From positions 310,001-374,000 of the forward strand of contig NW_026855612.1 in the NCBI RefSeq assembly GCF_026571515.1: 64,000 nucleotides of DNA. The letters are read 5' to 3'. The notes beneath the pieces were generated by a model. It had not been told where the DNA came from. It did not search any database and saw only the letters and a program-made list of their open reading frames with translations. Shown here in pieces: positions 37,666 through 50,694 of this stretch (position 1 is its first letter; every line of letters begins with the position of its first letter). The translations under genes were made by a program, and so were the position numbers. The DNA comes from Ruditapes philippinarum. Taxonomy: Eukaryota.

Positions 37666-38901
37666 TGTAATTCTCAAATTTTACTAAATAAATATTAAGT
37701 AAAACATTAAAAGACTTCCCATGAACTGCTATAGCATCAGAATTGCTGTCATGAAGTAGTCATTTACGTTAAGTAACAGAGCGTGTATTTGTGTGCATTA
37801 AACGTCTGCCCGTATTATACAAAACTCGATAACGAAACTTGATTTACTTTCTGCAGCGGATTCTTTATTTACAGAGGTTATTTGGCCGCGTCACCTTATC
37901 CGGTATTTTCCGCACGCACAGTGCTATAACATCCTGATTAAGCGGGTGTGCTTATTTGTATTTCAATGTTAAATGCAGACAGTATGGTGAATACTGCAGG
38001 CTAGAATACCATCTCAAGACAATTGAAAGAAAGTGGTTACATAGACTTTCGTCCCCTCAGCAATTTATATCTTTGAAGTAAATCAAAGTCATAACTCTTG
38101 GTGATGTAGGCCTAAGTTCCATTCGTGCTCAAATTTTGGATATGAAAATTAATAATTGTATGTGAAGGTTAAACTAAGAGATGAATATTTGTGATAATAA
38201 TACTTACCGTGATATCGTCACTTTAGAGCAGTAACGGGTTAAGTCCTTCTTAATCTAATAGGAGTTAACCAGTTATTGCACTAAGGTGACGATATATACT
38301 TTCTTATTACCAAAATCCGAGACATAAATCAACGTATATCACTTCCTGAAAACGCAATTCTGTAAAAGTCGGCATTTTCTTTCTGCTTGTTTCTCGTTTA
38401 TTTTTGTTGTGACAAAGAATTATAAAATTTGTGTGAGCGCCAAATGTATTTAAAAATGTCTTTTTTAATTGATTTAGTGAGTTAGTATATACTTTTCGTA
38501 AATCGATCCTAATAGATCTTTAAATTTGTGTCTAAAATCTAGGAATTTGTAAAATGAAGTTTTGTAGCTATTGGTTTTAATGACCTTAAAATTTACTTTT
38601 CTAAAATGCCAGCCTTTTAATACTGACGTTCGAGGAAATTGAATCAAATGTCTTTATCATGATTGTAGGTTTTTTTCTGAACCTTTCCTAAGTTTGTCTT
38701 CAGGTAATGTAGTAAAAAATAATTAAGTTTTTTTTTTGTATGTTGTACAAATATGTATATTTATTATGTAGATTGACCCTTAGATTTCTGGCGGCACCCG
38801 GATTTACCCATGCGACCAGTGTAGACCAAGATCAGTCGGCGCACCAGACACTATTATAAAAATAGTTAAAATGTTTGCAAATGGTCTTCCAAACACAAAA
38901 T

Positions 38902-39236
38902 TATGGTAGCTGATTTGGTACCCCATGCACAATAGCGACAACACAACCTATACCTTTATCGCCTTTTCGTCTTGTCGCTAGCGAAATGCGCCAAATGGCG
39001 CGTTGTCGTGCGGCACGTTGTCGCCCTGTCGCTTGGCTTATAAGCCAATCATTCGAAGTTGAGCCGAGCGACAATATGACATGGCGACAATACGTCGCAC
39101 GACAACGCGCCGTTTGGCGTGCATCGTTAGCGACAGGACAACAAAACGAAAGTCCGACAAGGCACCGTTTGGCGCGTTGTCGTGCTGTCGATAACGACAA
39201 CACGACGCACAAAAGCGTTCCAAATCAGCCACCATA
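38902..39236. mobile_element. GC-rich MITE with TAYGG..CCRTA ends (IS3EU-like)
   Basis: TIR TATGGTAGCTGATTTGG / CCAAATCAGCCACCATA with internal TGTCG/CGACA repeats; no intact TSD. Confidence 0.7.
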
Positions 39237-41297
39237 CCATACATATGAATTGTTCTGTTCACTTTTCCTTTTTTATTATTGACATTACGTTTAAATCAAA
39301 GCTTAAGATGTATTTGATGGTTGGTTACTTCAAATCACTTGTCCCAAACCGTAGCGAGTTCGAATCCCATCAGGGACTTTGGATTGTTCAATCCAGTTAG
39401 TTGTCGGAAGTTCGGTGGTCCTACTGAGGTGCACGCTTGTGTCTGATCAGATATACTAGTATTTGGATCTATATAATTAAAAGAACATGTTTTACCATGT
39501 CTTCATGATTTTTTTTTAATTATAAAACGCATTCCTGTACTTAAGTCTTATAAGGTCTTCTCCATTGTTTTCCACTCATAACAAATCTAACTTCTTTCAG
39601 TCTTAATGTTGTTTTTTTGTTTGTTGTTTTTGCTCTTTTTTTGCAGACAAATAAAATGGTGATGTTTTACTTTCAACTATTGTGATTCTGTCATGCAAGT
39701 AAACGTTTGTATTGTGAATACCATAAATATAAATCATGTCTTGTTCATATATCAAATGAATAGGGTCCTAATATTTTATTTTAAAAACGTATGCAAATTT
39801 TATGAAAAGAACCCCCCGCCAAAAAAACAACAACAAAAAAAACAACAACAACAAAAATAAAAAACAACAACAAAAAACACACACACAAACAAACAAAGCG
39901 TTAAGAAATTTAACATCTAAGCTTTTTTTTCTGAAGAACTCTCTAAAAAATCTCTCTAGTATGACTACTTTTATGACAACACAAAATTGGTCTTAAACCA
40001 ACAGAGAAAAGAAAATGTTTTTCTTATGCGATTATATAATTATTTTTTTATGTGTATAATCTATATACCAGACCTGCAAATGGATGAAAAAATGATTTGT
40101 TGCCAGCGTCTTGCCAGCGTTTTGTCAGTTTTTCCTGTCGAGATTATAACCAAAATTCACTCCTAAACAGAAAATATCCAGACAAAAGTCTTTAGATAGA
40201 AATCTTAACACAATGAAAACAGCTTCTGAGACAGTATATGTGGAAATAATTTCTTAATATTACTGCGCATGCGCAAAGTAGCATTTTCTTGAGACTTTTA
40301 ATTCTAAATAGTAGACAATAGTGTATATCTAAAGACATTTACGCTTTGTAATTTGAAATTTGCGCAGGAGAGATAATAAAGTGTAACGGAATCTTGATAT
40401 TTCACCTAAAATAATTACTTTAGTTACTAGTATTAGCCTCGAGCGATTTCCTTGTTGTTTTTTTTTTTTTTTTTTTTTTTTTTTTGATGCAAGAAAATCT
40501 AATACAAAATCATATGAATCGTTTTGCACCTTCTTTACAAAAGATCCATTCCCCTTTTCGCAAATTTGTTATCCATTTGTTTAACATACTTTGAAGAAAG
40601 AAGAAAGTAATGGTTTAGTAAGGTTTATAAATCTATCATTAGTCAATGCTTATTGATGTGTAAAAGAGAGCAGAGATTATCAGACTAATTTAACAATTAT
40701 TACTTTATAGTTATGTTTTTTTTTATCAAATTAGTTGTAGATGCAGCTATATTTTACAGTTCAGCCACTTTTTTTATTTTATCGTATCCTACTTGATTTG
40801 AAATTATTTTTAATGTTTTAAATTTATCTTTGAAATGAAGAACCAGAGATGTAGATCTCTGGAACGACGTCATTTTTAAGGCACACGTCAAGCAAAGACG
40901 TCACTTTAGAGTTTTTTACACGACCGTTAGTTCTTTGATAGTTGTCCAATTAAAGTGTGCCTTCAAATTCACGCAAATTTTCATGAACATTTTGAAAATG
41001 TAAATTTTAAAAGTAAAATATCGAGAAGGTTTGCGGTATCTACTGCTTGACTAACGCAGTGAAGGCTATTTATGCATATTTTGATCTCTTATTGGTAATT
41101 TACGTGGCTTGCAAGTGCGTGCCGTTTGCAATATGTAAACCATTTTCTTTGGTAACTTCACAATATTTTCATGAAAGATAGCATGAATCTGGAGGCATGC
41201 TGCTTTGATATAAATTGTATATGTTGTCACTGCTAACTTATTTCTCTGCTACAAATGGTAAGCTAATAGCTGGAACGCACTCAAAAAATAAATACAT

Positions 41298-41298
41298 G

Positions 41299-41333
<35 letters not shown>

Positions 41334-41334
41334 A
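41298..41334. repeat. (AAAT)n microsatellite
   Basis: About 8-9 units. Confidence 0.9.
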
Positions 41335-41674
41335 ATCGGGACTGTTTTTATTATTAGTATGTTTTTTACCTATTTGGTGCTGTTATTTGTTTAAATGGAT
41401 TGTACTTTACTTTTGTCATAGAGTACACTTGGTTTTCTTATAAATCCGATGGTGATAAAGAATTTCTCCGAGTTTTTATTTTTTATTATCATTATTATTT
41501 TCATAATGTTCTTACATGTTTTACATATTAAGTACATGTGAGTGAGTACATAAATGTTGAATGTAAATGCCTATAAAGAGTTTTCAGTTAGCTTTACATA
41601 CATTTTGTCACTATTTAGCAATCAAAGCGCTTTGTTATGCGTCAAATTGTACTTTTATTACTTTGAACAACATT

Positions 41675-41911
41675 TGAGCCGCGTCACGACAAAACCAACA
41701 TAATGGGTTTGCGACCAGCATGGATCCAGACCAGCCTGCGCATCCGCACAGTCTGATCAGGATCCATGCTGTTCGCTATCAGTTTCGTAACTTGTTATAG
41801 GGTCTGTAAGCGAACAGCATGGATCCTGATCAGACTGCGCGGATGCGCAGGCTGGTCTGGATCCATGCTGGTCGCAAACCCATTATGGTGGTTTTGTCGT
41901 GACGCGGCTCA
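41675..41911. mobile_element. 237-bp palindromic MITE, copy 2
   Basis: TGAGCCGCGTCACGACAAAACC...GGTTTTGTCGTGACGCGGCTCA. Confidence 0.9.
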
Positions 41912-43499
41912 TATTATTTTGTTTAAGCTCAATTGTGAGGAAATATTGTAACTTTTATCAATCTCTCTCGGACTCGCTTTCTAGAATTAACCTGTACCAG
42001 ATAGCAATTGAGTAAGACTCGAACCCATAATCCCACGCAAAAACCGCTCCCCTTTTTGTACGTTTATCGTGTTGCATAACATGTCAGTTTGACGTGAGTA
42101 CAGTGGTACTCAAAGTACATTAAGGTTAGTCTGATTTTCATTTTTTCTTTCTTTCGGTGTAGAATAAGACGTTTATGTAACTTGAGAAAACAGTAATTAG
42201 TAGGTGTTTACGTATATGTATCGCCTAATATAAATAATTATGCATGGAAGAAAAGGTGCAAAGGTTATTTTTTGCCATAATAACTTGCGTGTTTAGGTAT
42301 TGTTATTATATAATCGTTATTTTTGATTAAAGTAAAAAAGGTAAACGCATCGCACATACTACTTTATTGGTGTTCGTTAAAAACTAAAAATCCATTATTC
42401 CAAAACCTTTATTGACGATTTCCATTATGCAACAAAGAAATCTACCGATTAAACAGCACTTTTTAAACATTTCTGAAATCTGAATATGACAGCAACAACA
42501 AAACAAACAACACCTTTCTTCTGACCTTTGTTCGTAACTAGGATACACCATCTTTTGTCTATGTTTAAAAAACCAAGGATAATGGTTCGAATTTTTTGGC
42601 TTACGCCCATCTTCAGATAAAATTTTATTTTCGTGTATAACGACTAAAAGAAATCAATTAAAATTTGGGGGAAACCTGCCCCGAAATTAGACCTAAGTAT
42701 ATTTCAACTGAAATGACCATTAATATTAAAAATTGTTTGTGAGGGCACAAAATATGAAGTTATTTATTCTAAAGATTATTCCGGAAAGGAAGGTCGCTTG
42801 TTTGTACAGAAAGAAAATGGCGCGGAGTATTATTAAAACGTTTCTTCCCATAATGCGCAGCGGATATTTTCCGTTGATGCTGAAATATCTAATATATCTT
42901 CATAATTATGTAAAAAATAACCTTTTTTTCTTTTATTTATGCCTAACTTTTTGTCTTGGCAAAATCATAAACATTGGATATTTAAGAAATGGTTATGAAA
43001 CAACCGGTAAATTAAAGTTCATATTCTTACGCAAGATCTTTCAATGGGTATGACCTCATTTTTCTTGCAGCTTAATTACGCAGGTTTCCTCTTTGAATAC
43101 TAATTATGTTATTTATAGGCAATAAAGGAAATGTTAAACTGTGTACAAAGAATGCCTTTTATGTTCAAATTAATGCATTAAATGGTTTGTACTCATAATT
43201 ACAATGTACTTCGTTGGTCTATTATCATAAGCATCAGATTCCATGTTGAAAATATTAGTTAATACGCGGAAAAGCGTTATCATATAATATAAAATAACTA
43301 GATGTATATAAACATAATGAAATATAAAAGACATAATCATGGTTCAGAGGAGAGGAAGTTAGATTAATGTATGATAGGGGACTTCCGGTAATTTCTTTCG
43401 TCCACATATTGCATTGAATAACATTAATGTAAAACCTTGAAAGGTTTGACATAATATATAAAATCAAAAGTTTATCGTCATCTTTTTCAGCATAGCTCG

Positions 43500-44395
43500 T
43501 TGACGCACACTTTTCAGCATGACACAGTCATGCAGTCTTCATAAGAACGGCACGCTGACCTGTTCGGGACGTTCATGTAATTTTCCCAGTACGACACATT
43601 TTTTTGATCGACGTCTGATAAGCTCCGTGCGTTCTTGCAGTCTTACCAACAAGGCTTGTACATTTAGTCTGCCAAGCACGACAGGTTCATTCATTCTGAC
43701 CGGCACGACACGTAAATTCTGTCTGATCAGCACGACATAATCATACATTCAGACCAGCACGACACGCTCATTCATTCAGACCAGCACGACGTGTTCATTT
43801 AGTCTGACCAACACTACACTTTCATTCAGTCTAACCAGAACGACATAGTCTTTCAGTCTGACAAGCACGATGTGTTTATTCAGTCTGACCAGCGCGACAT
43901 AGTCTTTCAGTCTGACAAGCACGATGTGTTTATTCAGTCTGACCAGCGCGACACGTTTATTCAGTCTGACCAGCACGACACGTATATTCAGTCTGACCAG
44001 CCCGACACGTTTATTCAGTCTGACCAGCACGACACGTTCATACAGTCTGACCAGCACGACATGTTCATTCAGTCTGACCAGCACGACACCTTCATTCAGT
44101 CTGCCCAGAACGACATTGTATTTCAGTCTGACAAGCACAAAACGTTCATACAGTCTAACCTGCATGACATGGTCTTTCAGCCTGACCAGCACGATGTGTT
44201 CATACAGTCTGCCCAGCACGACATGGTCTTAAAGTCTGATGTGTTCATACCGTCTGACAAGCACGACACATTCATTTAATCTGACCAACACGACACGCTC
44301 ATTTAATATGACTAACACAACACGTTCATTTAATCTGACCGACACGACACGTTCATTTAATCTGACCGACACGACACGTTCATTTAATCTGACCT
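43500..44395. repeat. 30-bp minisatellite, about 28 units, decayed at the left end
   Basis: Unit TTCATTCAGTCTGACCAGCACGACACG... Confidence 0.93.
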
Positions 44396-45494
44396 CTATG
44401 CCTCGTAAAAAAATATTTTTTACTTCTTCAGAAAGGGTGAAACATGAAATTTATAATGTTTAAATATAGTTTAAAATAAAGTTAAATGTTTTTACCTGGA
44501 GAATGCAGCGATAGATGGGATATAATTTTACATAAAAGTCGCAAAATGTAACTAAGCAGTATTTTGACTTTCATACAAAATACTAACTCACTATAGCTGT
44601 ACTTATAGCAAAAAAAACAACAAAAAAAACAACAACAACAACTGAACAAGATGGTTGAGGTAATTGGCCGATGAGTAATTTTTTGATGTTATAAAAGTAC
44701 ACCGAAATTAAAAAGTTTCTGAGAAATAAAAATAAAACGCGTTTCTTAGGCATAATGGACCTTTAAGATGACATCAGACAAAACTTACGACACAATAACA
44801 AAAAATAGGAAATATACAAATTTACATTTTAATACTTGATAGTATAATTTTATAAAATTATGTCATGACTTTATACATGTATATACAAATATACAAACAA
44901 ACGTTTTGATTTGGAGCATCATTGATACATTAAATTCATTTTATTTATGTATAAATGTACTTAACGCTTGTTTAAATGTGCGGTATGAAATATGACTTGT
45001 GTAAAACACTTAAATCACTTAAATTACCATAACATGATTACAAATATATAATATTTATATAGTACATGTATATTCAATATTGTTTGAACTTACATTCAGC
45101 GAATTTATGAGGAACGTTACGTTTTGCACAATCCGATTTTTTTTCATAAAGCCACTTAACTTTTGTTCTAAAAGTCACGAAATGTTTAGACTTTTGTACA
45201 GTATTACATGCATAAAATGCACTTAACAAATCGCATTTATTCTTACATTTACCCATTTTAAACACGGATCAACTTCGAAAATGATCGGAAAAAATCGTTC
45301 TTCCGGTGAACAACTCTTAACACCGGACCAAAAATTTGCTACGCAGTGGTCCCCCTTTTACAGTATCTGCAGTGAAAAGTTCATAAAATTCATAAAATTC
45401 TTCGACAGTCAGGTAATTCACCCATTCATACTCGTGTACAATATTACAAAGGAAATTTTAGCATACAATGTCAAATACGAATTTGATATATATG

Positions 45495-45717
45495 CTACTT
45501 TGTTATTATGTAATGTTTATCAGCCGGAGTACCATCTATTTGTTCAACAACGTAGAGATCTGAGAGGTGTTGGTTGTTCGGCGCACTGTCTGATGGGTAC
45601 CAAACATGCGTCGGTGGTTCTTTAACGGATGGCACGATATGAAGTGTTGGGGCGACGTACACACTGTCGGGTGACAATGACTTCTCCGACCCTTGGCTCA
45701 TTTTGTACCTCTCAGCC
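45495..45717 (-). CDS. LDLa/mucin type I membrane protein, last exon (cytoplasmic tail)
   Basis: ttttatAG|G GCT GAG, phase 2, matches the TM exon; AERYKMSQG...HYIITK*. Confidence 0.75.
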
Positions 45718-46942
45718 CTATAAAAAGAAACACGAGAAACTCGTTTATGACAATAGAATGTTTGAACTTAATACCATGTATCATGTATCCACAGGTGCCT
45801 GAAACAAACTTGTTTATGTTCTATATGGCCTATATACTATAATAAGACATATCTTAATATACATGTATAGGCCGATTAAGTAAAATTTTTGATTATGTGA
45901 CTAGCGCCTGTGCACGTTTTTATCTATGACGCCGTGAATGAGTTACAGTTAAAGAAGTTTTTTTTGTTAGGTTTTAATTATGTCACTACGACACTTGTTA
46001 TAAGAAGAGTTTCCGGCAAATTACTGGCGGAATGATAATAACAAAAACCTATTTCGTGCATTATTTTAAGAGGCACACAAGTAGATTCATTGACCTTCCT
46101 TAAATTATAAGAGAATAGAATAATAATTCTACATCCTGTTGGAAATAATAAGTTATGAACCCTGAACTTCAAGTTCGATCGCAAAACCTTTTCCATCATT
46201 TTTTTAATGATAAAAATGTACATGAATTTTAAACTAGACCGTGTTACGATAGTGTTCGCATATCTGTATTTATTCAGTCAGCGGGCTTTTAGATAATGTT
46301 CTTTTCAAGAAATTTTCTGTATGGCTACCAGGTTAAGGTAATGTAATTTTAAGGAAAATTCTTATTAAGGTATATTAAGCCTCAGAAATTAATTTTGTTT
46401 TCGTTGGAGAGAGCAAAACATGTGTTTAATACTGTTTTTTTTATAATGAATTAAGAGCGTGTTAGAGCCTGACATGTATCACACTAAGAAAGTTGCACTG
46501 AATCTGAAAAAAGCGAAATAAGTAACAAATGAAGGCAAAGTAGTATTTTGACTTCAATACAACACGTTAAATCACTATAACTGTACAAATTCCAAAACGC
46601 AATAGTAGCAACAGTTGGTTCAGTTATATGAGCATTGAATAACTTTTTAGAATCTTTAAAAAAATACCAACAATACAAATGTTTTGAGAACTAAAATAAT
46701 ACCAATCAGGCCATTATGCACATCTTCGGGCCATTATCGCATAATGGCGAGCAGCAACCAAGTATTAACCTCTAAGTTACTAGTAAACGTGAGTAATTAC
46801 GGTTTAATAGTTATCGTTAGAAATTACGTTGTAACTAGTAATGTTTGTGCCTTAATAAAATCATGAATTTTGAATCTAAGTATTTTTTTAAATTTTAATA
46901 AGGGCAAGAATCTGTAAAATAAAAAAAAACATCTGAACTTAC

Positions 46943-46951
46943 CTATTATTC
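46943..46951 (-). CDS. Candidate 9-nt microexon of the LDLa/mucin gene
   Basis: ttttttcatctatttacAG|GAATAATAG|GTAAGT, symmetric phase 2, keeps the frame and adds NNR. Confidence 0.55.
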
Positions 46952-47590
46952 CTGTAAATAGATGAAAAAATTTTGTGTTATTCATGGTAGAGATATGATT
47001 TTTGTAACATATTTCTTTGATGAAATATAAACTAAGACAATTTTAACTTGTTTCAATAGTGCGTTTTTTTGTAAATGAAGTTTTATATTTGTTTATGGAA
47101 ATCTTATTATCATTAATGCAGATCTACATAATTCGTCCGTATGTCATTGAGTAATTTAATCACACTTACAACAAGTAGACCTAATTTCGGTGAATCAAAA
47201 CAGTAACAGAAACATAGGCCTATTATTTTCAATTTTTAAAAAGAGAAATGATATGCGTAAGAAATCGGGGTAAAATACGGGAAATGCCCCCAATTCTTAC
47301 GAATATCCACTTGTGAAGAATCCGGGTAGAATAAGGCATAACAGAAACATGAAAAACATTTTACACATATATTTCATGTCTTTTACAGTGCACCCTCAAC
47401 AAAGAGGCCCCAGTAGAACAACAATATCAGTACTTCCTGAGAGGCAAGACTTTAATATGAATTTAACATCGCTAAAGCTACACCTCTAAATAACAACCAA
47501 GATTTTTGTCTCTAATACGATGTTTCTCTGCAGAGCTTGATCTGCTTTGTGTTGTAACGTTTTGAAAAAAAGTCAATTAATCAGTATATT

Positions 47591-47827
47591 TGAGCCGTGT
47601 CATGACAAAACCAACATAGTGCGTTTGCGACCAGCATGGATCCAGAACAGCCTGCGCATCCGCGCAGTCTGATCAGGATCCATGCTGTTCGCTATCAGTT
47701 TCTCTACTTGTTATAGGGTTTGTAAGCGAACAGCATGGATCCTGATCAGACTGCGCGGATGCGCAGGCTGGTCTGGATCCATGCTGGTCGCAAACCCAAT
47801 ATGTTGGTTTTGTCATGACGCGGCTCA
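47591..47827. mobile_element. 237-bp palindromic MITE, copy 3
   Basis: Near-identical to the 41675 copy. Confidence 0.9.
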
Positions 47828-47884
47828 TATTTCAGAGATTACATGTCATAACATGGGAGTATAGTACAGAATATAAAATCTTAC

Positions 47885-47969
47885 CAATTTTTTGTTTTTA
47901 CCCAGTAAACGATACAGCTTAATAAAAGGAGGAGAAACAACACACCGCACACAATACCGACAATTATAG
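47885..47969 (-). CDS. LDLa/mucin protein, transmembrane exon (not in the ORF track)
   Basis: atttcAG|CT IIVGIVCGVLFLLLLLSCIVYWVKTKN TG|GTAAG, phase 1/2. Confidence 0.85.
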
Positions 47970-48164
47970 CTGAAATTAAAAACAGGATTACCTCCCTTTA
48001 TAATGATTTAAAAAAAATACATATATATATATTCATCGTCAAAATATCAAATAGATTACATGAGTAGTGTTCGCGTGTCAACTTTTTATTGTCCTCCTTC
48101 ATTTCTTGCTTACATGCTCTTCTTTTATCATTAAATACACTTTCTAATTATGACATGAGGCAGT

Positions 48165-48356
48165 AAAGAGTGGTGTAGGGGTAAGCCAACGAAGTCCTGA
48201 TCGAGAGGCCATGAGTTCGGATCCAACTGGAAGTGAGCTTCTCTTTCGGCTTCCTCAATCCACATTGGTGCGGTAATTTGTTCGAAACTCAAGAAACAGT
48301 TGTCTTGCGCGACTTAAAAGAGTTTGACGTAACAATCAACCAATCAATCAATCAAT
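48165..48356 (+). mobile_element. Degenerate tRNA-derived SINE
   Basis: TGGTGTAGGGG A box, GAGTTCGGATCC B-box-like sequence, (CAAT)n tail. Confidence 0.5.
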
Positions 48357-48911
48357 ATAACAGTATAAGCTGCCAAGTTGAATGAAAATCAATAAATGAT
48401 AAATAATACGGAACACAATACTACAATACAAATTATGAATCTATTTGGATCAAAATAGAAATCAATTTTTTTAATAAGATTTATCCTTCCTTCAATGTAT
48501 AAAAAGGCCCGTTTCTTGAAAGGTATTTTGTTTCACTTTTATCGAATTCATGATTAACTTGCATAAACTACTAAGAAGTTTTGCATTTTGTCCTTGAATA
48601 GTACTTTATTCTTCGTGAACATTGGGCCAGCTGGCCCCGCGTCCACTAAGATTTAAGTATTAGGTTCAAGATCAGTAATAAATTTAAAAACTCAAATATT
48701 CTCCATTGTTTATTCTCCTAGATATAAACTTGATAACATTGGACTCGATATGGCATATTCATGAAATTTTAGAATAAATGTATTGTTATTTTTACAAGGT
48801 ACGGGCATTTTAGAGTTGATACAAATATTGATCTTGATCCTAAAATTGATCCTAATTCTATTCCGATTATTCTTGTATTTGTCTTTTTTCCCGTCGTTTT
48901 TATCCCAAAAT

Positions 48912-50662
48912 TACGGAATGCCGTTAGGGCCATTGCCTATTAATGTGTTGATCTGAAACGTGATAGTCGATAGTACGATGGTGAAACGCGAAAAAACGAA
49001 ACTACGATGGTGAAAACGCGAAAGTACGATGATGAAAACGCGAAAGTACGATGATGAAAACGCGACAGTACGATACTACGATGATGAAAACGCGATCAAC
49101 TATCGTGTTTTCACCATCGTACTGTCGCGTTTTCTCCATCGTAGTTTCGTGATTTCGCGTTTTCATCATCGTACTGTCGTGTTTTCATCATCGTACTGTC
49201 GCGTTTTCACCATCGTACTATCGCGTTTTCATCATCGTACTGTCGTGTTTTCATCATCGTACTATCGCGTTTTCACCATCGTACTGTCGTGTTTTCATCA
49301 TCGTACTATCGCGTTTTCATCATCGTACTATCGCCTTTTCATCATCGTAATATCGTGTTTTCACCATCGTAGTTTCGTGATTTCGTGTTTTCACCATCGT
49401 ACTATCGACTATCGCGTTTCAGATTAACACATTCATAGGCGATGGCCCTAACGGCATTCCGAAATGCCGTTATAGGGCCTTCGCCTATGAATGGTTTGAT
49501 CTGAAACGCGATACTCGACAGTACGATGATGAAAACGCGAAATCACGAAACTACGATGGTGAAAACGCGACAGTACGATGGTGAAAACTACGGAATGCCG
49601 TTAGGGCCATTGCCTATAAATGTGTTGATCTTAAACGCGATAGTCGATAGTACGATGGTGAAAACGCGAAAGCACGAAACTACGATGGTGAAAACGCGAA
49701 AGCACGATGATGAAAACGCGATAGTACGATGATGAAATCGCGACAGTACGATACTACGATGATGAAAACGCGATAAACTATCGTGTTTTCACCATCGTAC
49801 TGTCGCGTTTTCACCATCGTAGTTTCGTAATTTCGTGTTTTCATCATCGTACTGTCGAGTATCGCGTTTCAGATCAAACCATTCATAGGCGATGGCCCTA
49901 ACGGCATTCCGGAATGCCGTAAGGGCCATCGCCTATGAATGTGTTAATCTGAAACGCGATAGTCGATAGTACGATGGTGAAAACATGAAATCACGAAACT
50001 ACGATGGTGAAAACGCGATAGTACGATGATGAAAACGCGATAATACGATGATGAAATCACGACAGTACGATGGTGAAAACGCGATAGTACGATGATGAAA
50101 ACACAACAGTACGATGATGAAAACGCGATAGTACAATGGTGAAAACGCGATAGTACGATGGTGAAAACGCGATAGTACGATGATGAAAACACGACAGTAC
50201 GATGATGAAAATGCGAAATCACGAAACTACGATGGTGAAAACGCGACAGTACGATGGTGAAAACACGATAGTTTATCGCGCTTTCATCATCGTAGTATCG
50301 TACTGTCGCGATTTCATCATCGTACTTTCGCGTTTTCATCATCGTGCTTTCGCATTTTCACCATCGTAGTTTCGTGATTTCGCGTTTTCATCATCGTACT
50401 ATCGACTATCGCGTTTCAGATCAACACATTCATAGGCAATGGCCCTAACGGCATTCCGTAGAAAACACGATAGTTTATCGCGTTTTCATCATCGTAGTAT
50501 CGTACTGTCGCGTTTTCATCATCGTACTATCGCGTTTTCATCATCGTACTTTCGCGTTTTCACCATCGTAGTTTCGTGATTTCGCGTTTTCACCATCGTA
50601 TTATCGACTATCGCGTTTCAGATCAACACATTCATAGGCGATGGCCCTAACGGCATTCCGTA
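48912..50662. mobile_element. IS3EU-like non-autonomous element with a second copy nested inside it (49589-50460)
   Basis: Ends TACGGAATGCCGTTAGGGCC/GGCCCTAACGGCATTCCGTA. 6-bp TSD CAAAAT (48906-48911, 50663-50668); inner 6-bp TSD GAAAAC (49583-49588, 50461-50466). Interior of ~24-bp GTACGATGRTGAAAACGCGA repeats in both orientations. Confidence 0.85.
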
Positions 50663-50694
50663 CAAAATAGGGTTGTTTGTTTGGAAATCAGTAA

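Noticed and set aside
38208-38345. Possible 5' non-coding GPCR exon (TTTTCAG ... G|GTAAGT on -)
   Set aside because: The splice signals are plausible, but the segment overlaps an inverted repeat (ATATCGTCAC/GTGACGATAT) typical of repeat debris, and there is no frame test for a UTR exon.
41766-41951. Recurrent MLFAISF..CKRTAWILIRLRGCAGWSGSML ORFs (also 47682 and 54095)
   Set aside because: Incidental translation of the 237-bp MITE.
43519-44463. Repetitive ORFs on both strands (FIQSDQHD, VVLVRLNE)
   Set aside because: Translations of a 30-bp minisatellite.
49029-50342. Near-identical 132-aa ORFs on opposite strands
   Set aside because: Translations of the internal repeats of the nested IS3EU-like element; no transposase motifs.
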